From positions 480,001-544,000 of the forward strand of contig CAVWVI010000004.1 in assembly GCA_963758495.1 (NCBI GenBank): DNA of 64,000 nt, in the 5' to 3' direction. This document shows, piece by piece, positions 58,272 to 64,000 of the stretch. The translations under genes and the position numbers were made by a program. The DNA is from Oligoflexia bacterium. GTDB lineage: Bacteria > Bdellovibrionota > UBA1018. How positions within the stretch are numbered: the stretch's first letter is position 1; each line of letters begins with the position of its first letter. A model generated the notes under the pieces. That model did not search any database. It was not told where the DNA came from and saw nothing but the letters and a program-made list of their open reading frames with translations.

Positions 58272-59459
58272 ATGAAATCCACCCGAGACTCACTTCTACA
58301 TGACATTCTTTCACAACCCACTGCCCCTTTCCGTGAAGGTCATATTATATCCAGGATCACTCAGGAATTAAAATCGGAATCTGTCCCTCATTTTATCGAT
58401 CCTATTGGCAACGTCGTCATTGGCGCCCATTCAAAAGCTGATTACCTGCGTCTCGTTCGTCAACCCACCCAAGAACCACTCCGAATTTTTATTGCCCACA
58501 TGGATCACCCCGGGTTTCATGGCGTCAAATGGAAAACCAAATTAGAACTCGAAATTAAATGGCATGGAGGATCACCGACAAAGCATCTCGAAGGGGCCCA
58601 AGTTTGGATCAGCGACTCGACAGGATATTTGGGTAAAGGCAAAATAAAAAATGCAAAACTTCTCGCGTCAGGAAGAGCAATTGAATCAGCCACTGTTATC
58701 TTGCAAAAAGAAATCGCCTCTTCATCGCAGAAAGCACTCAATCCAAAAAACTTGTTTGGAGGATTTAGTTTTCGAGCCCCTCTGTGGAAGAAAAAAGAAA
58801 TGATCTACACAAAAGCGGCAGATGATTTAATCGGTTGCTTTTCTATTACTTCACTCGCTTTGGATTTATGGAAAAAGCGCAAACAGTCTGCTCCCATTCC
58901 CTTCTTAGGACTTTTGACTCGAGCAGAAGAAGTGGGATTTATCGGTGCCATCGGCCATCTGAATTTGGGGTGGTTAAAAAAGCCTAAAAGACCGCTTCTC
59001 TGCGTCAGCCTAGAAACTTCACGCACACTGCCTGGCGCAGAAATTGGAAAAGGCCCAGTGGTTCGCCTAGGAGACAAGTTCACGGTTTTTGATTCAGGAG
59101 CCTTACGCGTTTTCTCTGACCTAGCCGTGTCAGAACTCCCTGAAAAGCATCAACGAAAAGTGATGGACGGTGGAACTTGCGAAGCCTCTGCTGCCACTGT
59201 TTTTGGTATTCCTTGCATTGGCATTTCCGTACCTCTCGGAAACTATCATAATCAAAGCTTTGAAGGAGGACCAGACGCTGCGCCTCCTCATGGCCCAGCT
59301 CCCGAATTTGTCCATTCCCAAGATATAGAAGGTTTATTGAAACTCTGTCATGCCCTACTTAAACCCAAACTCCCCTGGTCTTCACCTTGGGAAACTAAAA
59401 TGAAAGAATTGAATAAAAGTCTAAAAAATTACACGCCCCTTCTTCGTTCCGGGCCCTAA
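58272..59459 (+). CDS. M20/M42-family metallohydrolase
   Basis: AHMDHPG, ADDLIG, RAEEVG and GNYHN motifs. Confidence 0.75.
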   Translation: MKSTRDSLLHDILSQPTAPFREGHIISRITQELKSESVPHFIDPIGNVVIGAHSKADYLRLVRQPTQEPLRIFIAHMDHPGFHGVKWKTKLELEIKWHGGSPTKHLEGAQVWISDSTGYLGKGKIKNAKLLASGRAIESATVILQKEIASSSQKALNPKNLFGGFSFRAPLWKKKEMIYTKAADDLIGCFSITSLALDLWKKRKQSAPIPFLGLLTRAEEVGFIGAIGHLNLGWLKKPKRPLLCVSLETSRTLPGAEIGKGPVVRLGDKFTVFDSGALRVFSDLAVSELPEKHQRKVMDGGTCEASAATVFGIPCIGISVPLGNYHNQSFEGGPDAAPPHGPAPEFVHSQDIEGLLKLCHALLKPKLPWSSPWETKMKELNKSLKNYTPLLRSGP

Positions 59460-59462
59460 TCC

Positions 59463-60290
59463 ATGACACTAAAAAATCCACTCTTAAACAAGCTCTCTTA
59501 TTTTTTTAGAATCACCCTCCTTCGAGTACTCTTAGATACACAAACTCAAATCAAACAATCACAACTTTTAATGGTAGCTGCAAGTCAAGCTTATGTGACT
59601 ATTTTATCCATTATCCCAGCTCTAGCACTGAGTTTTGCAGTCTTTCAAGCCTTTGGTGGCATGCAAAAGCTCAATAGCATCATTGTTCCTCTCATTTTAT
59701 CGAATCTCGCAGAAGGAACGAGCGACGAAGTGGTGGCTCTGCTCCACAAATTTATAGACAACACTCATGCCGCAGCGATTGGGGTCGGCGGACTCGTCGG
59801 CTTGATTTTTACTACAATGAGCATGTTATCTAATGCAGAAAAAGCAATTAATCAGGTCTGGCAAACTCGTATTACTCGAGGTTTTCTTCAAAGAATCGCT
59901 ACTTATTGGCTGTTTATTACCTTAGGGCCATTAGCGCTTTCTATTGTGATTGGATTCGCTACGTCATCCAGTCTCCCCCTGATGCGCTTTTTCCCCAACG
60001 GTACGGGAATGTTCCTCATCTCCATTGGTCTCTTTTTTTGTATTTATAAATGGGTTCCTCAGGCCAAGGTGAAATCGACCTATGCGCTCATTTCCGCAGT
60101 CTTAACGGCATCTTGTTGGAACCTGGCCCGACTGGGATATTCCCTCTACACTGAAAAAGTAGTGACCTATAACGTTGTCTACGGCAGTTTAGGAGCAGTG
60201 CCTATTTTACTCCTATGGATCTATATTATTTGGATTATTATATTAACAGGTGCGGCCTTTACTGCCGCTCTTCAAAAGCGCGCGGGATAA
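59463..60290 (+). CDS. YihY/BrkB family membrane protein
   Basis: AYVTILSIIP and YGSLGAVPILLLWIY motifs. Confidence 0.9.
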   Translation: MTLKNPLLNKLSYFFRITLLRVLLDTQTQIKQSQLLMVAASQAYVTILSIIPALALSFAVFQAFGGMQKLNSIIVPLILSNLAEGTSDEVVALLHKFIDNTHAAAIGVGGLVGLIFTTMSMLSNAEKAINQVWQTRITRGFLQRIATYWLFITLGPLALSIVIGFATSSSLPLMRFFPNGTGMFLISIGLFFCIYKWVPQAKVKSTYALISAVLTASCWNLARLGYSLYTEKVVTYNVVYGSLGAVPILLLWIYIIWIIILTGAAFTAALQKRAG

Positions 60291-60332
60291 TCAGTTGCTT
60301 TCATCTGATGACTCAAGTAATAACCATTAAAA

Positions 60333-62879
60333 ATGTCTGATCTAAATCTAACCCGTCTTTCCGGTGTCGTTGAACGAGTGACATTTCACAACGCTGAAAA
60401 TGGCTGGTCTGTTTTAAAGGTAGCGCCCTTCAATGAACCCCATAAGCTCGTTACAGTACTCATTCATCAGGCAAAGGTCTTTGCGGGTAGCTCCATGGAG
60501 TTTTTTGGAAATTGGAATCACCACGCTAAACATGGAGAACAATTTAAAGCGGATCGTGCTGTCGAAAGAAAACCTGCTTCCAGCGCCGCCCTTGAAAAGT
60601 ACCTGGGCTCAGGCTTAATTAAAGGTGTAGGGCCGAAAACGGCAGCAAAAATAGTCAAATTTTTCAACGAAAAGACATTAGAAGTATTTGAAGAGCGAAT
60701 GGACGACCTCCTGGGAGTACCCGGCATCGCTGAAAAGAAACTCTTAGATATCAAAGCTTCATGGCAAGAGCACAAGGCCATTCGAGACGTCATGCTATTT
60801 CTACAAGGGCATGGAATCAGCACGCTATTTGCCGTCAAAATTTATAAAGCCTATGGTAATAACTCCATTCCTATTGTTTCAAAAAACCCATATCAGCTTG
60901 CGAAAGACATTTATGGGATCGGCTTTTTCTCGGCGGATAAAATCGCGCTCACTATGAGTTTTGAACGAGACGGAGGCCCGAGAATTGAAGCTGGAATTAA
61001 GCATGTCCTTTCCGCTTCGCGGGAAGAAGGTCACTGTTATTTAACAAAAGACCAAATCATTGAAAACACCACTGAGCTGCTTGGGATCAATGATTCAGAG
61101 AAAATTCAACTTCTCCTCGACTCACTCTTAAACAACAATGAGATCAAGAGACGCTCACTGGACGGCACTGAAGATCACAAGCGGTTAGCCTATTATTCAA
61201 ATTCCCTTTACTTTGATGAGCGCTATGTTGCCAATAGAGTGAAGCGATTTATTACGCGCACTTTGGAAGTAGACTGGGCTCGGGTAAAAACCTGGATTGA
61301 AAACTACTGTCAAAAACAAGAAATCACGTTAAGCCTCCAACAACAATCTTCAGTCATGGGTATTGTAGGTAAATCCTTCTCGATCCTGACAGGAGGGCCT
61401 GGTTGCGGAAAAACGACCACGACTCGAGTTCTGGTTAAATTATTGCAAGCTATGAATCAAAAAGTAATTCTAGCTGCACCTACGGGTAGAGCGGCCCAAC
61501 GAATGAGTGAAGTGATTGGCTCTGAAGCGAAAACGATTCATCGACTGCTCGAAGTGAATCCTGCTCAAGGAGGATTTAAAAAATGCGAGCAAGATCCGCT
61601 CGTCGTTGATTTTTTAATTGTGGATGAATGCTCCATGTTGGATATCAATTTGGCCGCAGCCCTTCTCAAGGCTGTACCCGAATCTGCCCAAGTCCTCTTG
61701 ATCGGTGACCCTGATCAATTACCTTCGGTAGGCGCAGGAAATGTGCTTTATGATCTTCTTCAAACTCAACAAGTACCGAGTTTCTGGCTGACTCAAGTTT
61801 TTCGCCAAGCGGAGGAATCTTTGATTATTCGATTTGCCCATCAAATCAATCAGGGACAGGTTCCTAAAATTGATTCCCCCTTTCATCAACCTCAGCTATG
61901 GAAAGAAAAAACTGGCTGTATTTTTATAGATGCGGAAGAGGCGACTCAAGATCAGATTCGTTTTCTTCAAAAAGCAAAACTTGCAATTCAAAGAACAATT
62001 CATGAAGGAGAAAAACAACTTGTACAAACGGGAGATCAAATTACTGGGATCATGAGCCGAGAAGACGACGATGAAATTAAAATAGAAAATCTTTTAATGC
62101 AGGAATTTAAAAACCAGGACGAAATCCATGCCCCCGTATTTTTAATTCCTGAAAAATTCAAGCACGTAGATCTTAAACGATTTCATCATGCCCAGGGAGA
62201 TTTAGAGAAACTTAAATCCATGATTAAGTCAGTTCATCCCTGGTCAGCCCTCCATTATGGTCTATCGGCTCTCGATGTTGTTTTACGGCTGTATACCAAA
62301 ACAATTCCTGAATATTTCGGACAAAATACTGAAATTCAAGTACTGACCCCTCAGATCCGTGGAACATTAGGAACACTCAACCTAAACCAATCGATCCAGA
62401 ATAAGATCAATCCGGAACGCCAAGGCGTGAAGCAGCTTAAATTTGGAGATCGGATTTATCGAGAAGGTGATCGTGTTATTCAAACTAGAAATAATTATGA
62501 TATGGGCGTATATAATGGAGATATTGGTAAAATCATAGAAATTGATTTAGAAAATTTCCAATGCTGCATTCAATTTGGAAAGCAAGCGCCAGTCATATAC
62601 GAGAAGGAAGACTTGACTGAGATCACCCTTGCCTATGGAATTACGATTCACAAATCACAAGGGAGTGAGTTCGATGCGGTCATTATTCCTGTAGCGACCC
62701 AACACTTCAAAATGCTTTTTAGAAATCTGATTTATACAGGGCTCACTCGAGCAAAGAAATTATGTGTGTTTGTAGGCAGCAGAAAAGCACTCTCCATGGC
62801 AGTTCGGCAAATCGATCATCGTAAGCGGCAGACGGCCCTGACTTCACTGATCGACATCAATACGATAGAGAGCAATTAA
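60333..62879 (+). CDS. recD2: ATP-dependent RecD-like DNA helicase (RecD2)
   Basis: N-terminal OB + HhH (GVGPKTA), GGPGCGKT, APTGRAA, IVDECSM and TIHKSQGSE motifs. Confidence 0.93.
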   Translation: MSDLNLTRLSGVVERVTFHNAENGWSVLKVAPFNEPHKLVTVLIHQAKVFAGSSMEFFGNWNHHAKHGEQFKADRAVERKPASSAALEKYLGSGLIKGVGPKTAAKIVKFFNEKTLEVFEERMDDLLGVPGIAEKKLLDIKASWQEHKAIRDVMLFLQGHGISTLFAVKIYKAYGNNSIPIVSKNPYQLAKDIYGIGFFSADKIALTMSFERDGGPRIEAGIKHVLSASREEGHCYLTKDQIIENTTELLGINDSEKIQLLLDSLLNNNEIKRRSLDGTEDHKRLAYYSNSLYFDERYVANRVKRFITRTLEVDWARVKTWIENYCQKQEITLSLQQQSSVMGIVGKSFSILTGGPGCGKTTTTRVLVKLLQAMNQKVILAAPTGRAAQRMSEVIGSEAKTIHRLLEVNPAQGGFKKCEQDPLVVDFLIVDECSMLDINLAAALLKAVPESAQVLLIGDPDQLPSVGAGNVLYDLLQTQQVPSFWLTQVFRQAEESLIIRFAHQINQGQVPKIDSPFHQPQLWKEKTGCIFIDAEEATQDQIRFLQKAKLAIQRTIHEGEKQLVQTGDQITGIMSREDDDEIKIENLLMQEFKNQDEIHAPVFLIPEKFKHVDLKRFHHAQGDLEKLKSMIKSVHPWSALHYGLSALDVVLRLYTKTIPEYFGQNTEIQVLTPQIRGTLGTLNLNQSIQNKINPERQGVKQLKFGDRIYREGDRVIQTRNNYDMGVYNGDIGKIIEIDLENFQCCIQFGKQAPVIYEKEDLTEITLAYGITIHKSQGSEFDAVIIPVATQHFKMLFRNLIYTGLTRAKKLCVFVGSRKALSMAVRQIDHRKRQTALTSLIDINTIESN

Positions 62880-62895
62880 AGAATCGAGCGGATTT

Positions 62896-64000
62896 ATGAC
62901 GAAACGAAAAATTATTCTTAGAACAGCCGGGAGAACAAGCGCACACGTCTCTTCTCGAGCACTTATTTTAGTCGATTCGAATCGCCTGAAAGCCGAAGAG
63001 CAAAAAAAGTGTCAAAAACTTTATCAAACATTGGAATCTGCTCGAAAGGCAGTCGAAATTCATGAATCTCAAAGTGTGCCTGAGTTTCAAAAATGGCTTC
63101 ATTCGACCTTTGGAAAACAACTCACTACCCTTCGAGAACTCACTCATAAAGTCATGGAGTTAGAAAACCTGATTGAAGCGGTGGAAGAGCAAAGCCTGAT
63201 GAGCGGTACTCCTCCGTGGAAAGCTTACGAAACCCTCCTTAAATATAAGGCGAGGGCCGAAAAAATCGAAGAAGACCCACTCTTTTCGTCTGAATCCGAA
63301 TCTCAAAGTGAGGAATCTAAAGAAGAACTTTTTCGATCTGCATTCGAATCCTTTTTCGGAACAAAAAAGCAGTGGAAATCCAGACATCAAGCTTACGGAG
63401 AAACTGACACAGAAACCTACGAAGAAGCCTTCGAGAGGTTTAAGAAGGAAATCGAGGGCGCTGAAGCTGAAGAGGAACCTCGTTTTGAACGCAGTCAAAA
63501 CGGTTTCAAAGAAAAACCCCATGAACCCAAATTACCCCCTGAATCTTCAACTCAAACAAAGACCTCAAATACTCGCGTAAAAGAATACTATCGCTCCCTT
63601 GCCAGAAAACTCCATCCTGATCTCAACCCAGGACTTGAACCCAAAAAACTTGAACTTTGGCATCAAGTCCAAGAGGCATACGAAGCCCATGATCTATCTA
63701 GGCTCGAAGCTTTGGCAGCCTTAAGTGAGATGTTTGAGCAAAGTTGGAATAAGATAGAAGGAATCTCTACTCTCAGGCATTTATTCCAAGAACTAAAAAG
63801 AACTCTGAAACAATTTGAAAAAAAGATCCGCTTAGCAAGAAAAGATAAATCCTGGAAATTTAATGAAACTATGAAATACCCACAACAGCTCAAAGCTCTA
63901 AAAAGTCAGATTGCAAATGAGCTTAATTTTGAACAATTGAAGCTTACGGATCATCAAGACGAATTACAATCCATCATTGATTCGTGGTCAAAACCTTCTA
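62896..64000 (+). CDS. J-domain-containing coiled-coil protein (3'-truncated by window edge; absent from the ORF track)
   Basis: Open frame from ATG 62896 to the window end; VKEYYRSLARKLHPDLNP...WHQVQEAYE near 63580-63690. Confidence 0.8.
   Translation, partial: MTKRKIILRTAGRTSAHVSSRALILVDSNRLKAEEQKKCQKLYQTLESARKAVEIHESQSVPEFQKWLHSTFGKQLTTLRELTHKVMELENLIEAVEEQSLMSGTPPWKAYETLLKYKARAEKIEEDPLFSSESESQSEESKEELFRSAFESFFGTKKQWKSRHQAYGETDTETYEEAFERFKKEIEGAEAEEEPRFERSQNGFKEKPHEPKLPPESSTQTKTSNTRVKEYYRSLARKLHPDLNPGLEPKKLELWHQVQEAYEAHDLSRLEALAALSEMFEQSWNKIEGISTLRHLFQELKRTLKQFEKKIRLARKDKSWKFNETMKYPQQLKALKSQIANELNFEQLKLTDHQDELQSIIDSWSKPS

Noticed and set aside
4397..60838. Numerous short antisense or alternate-frame ORFs inside long genes
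   Set aside because: Fully nested in well-supported genes and lacking motifs or RBS
63160..63893. ORF-track calls 63160-63522, 63308-63580 and 63663-63893
   Set aside because: Shadows of the J-domain gene starting at 62896

Overview
Bacterial chromosomal window of moderately low GC. The gene repertoire (a DUF222/HNH-type fragment, HDOD, MepA, many secreted orphans, a sigma28-like promoter) suggests Bdellovibrionota/Oligoflexia, which is an inference only. Core genes include mlaE-mlaE-mlaD, glpD, aspS, aspA-like, srkA, ABC-F, folA, thyA, ndh, yihY and recD2. Two accessory regions interrupt them. The first (~15.3-22.6 kb) holds a secreted SEL1+FGE protein whose 3' end looks like a diversity-generating-retroelement (DGR) variable region, an AAA/DUF4143 ATPase, a J-domain lipoprotein with 10 perfect 18-bp repeats, and a secreted protein with a mitochondrial-presequence-like segment. 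The second (~40.1-49.0 kb) sits between thyA and folA and is full of rearrangement scars: a divergent second thyA 3' end, a fused integrase/ImmA remnant, a truncated antitoxin-like gene and a papain-like gene with an in-frame stop. thyA itself carries two frameshifts. Other notable items are a 166-bp MITE with an 8-bp target duplication, a perfect 51-bp palindrome before a Fic gene, a DUF2156-rhomboid fusion, a nucleotidyltransferase-BON/metallophosphoesterase pair and an IPC-synthase-like lipid cluster. I saw no rRNA, tRNA, CRISPR array or reverse transcriptase. All calls come from reading motifs by eye; no database searches were run.
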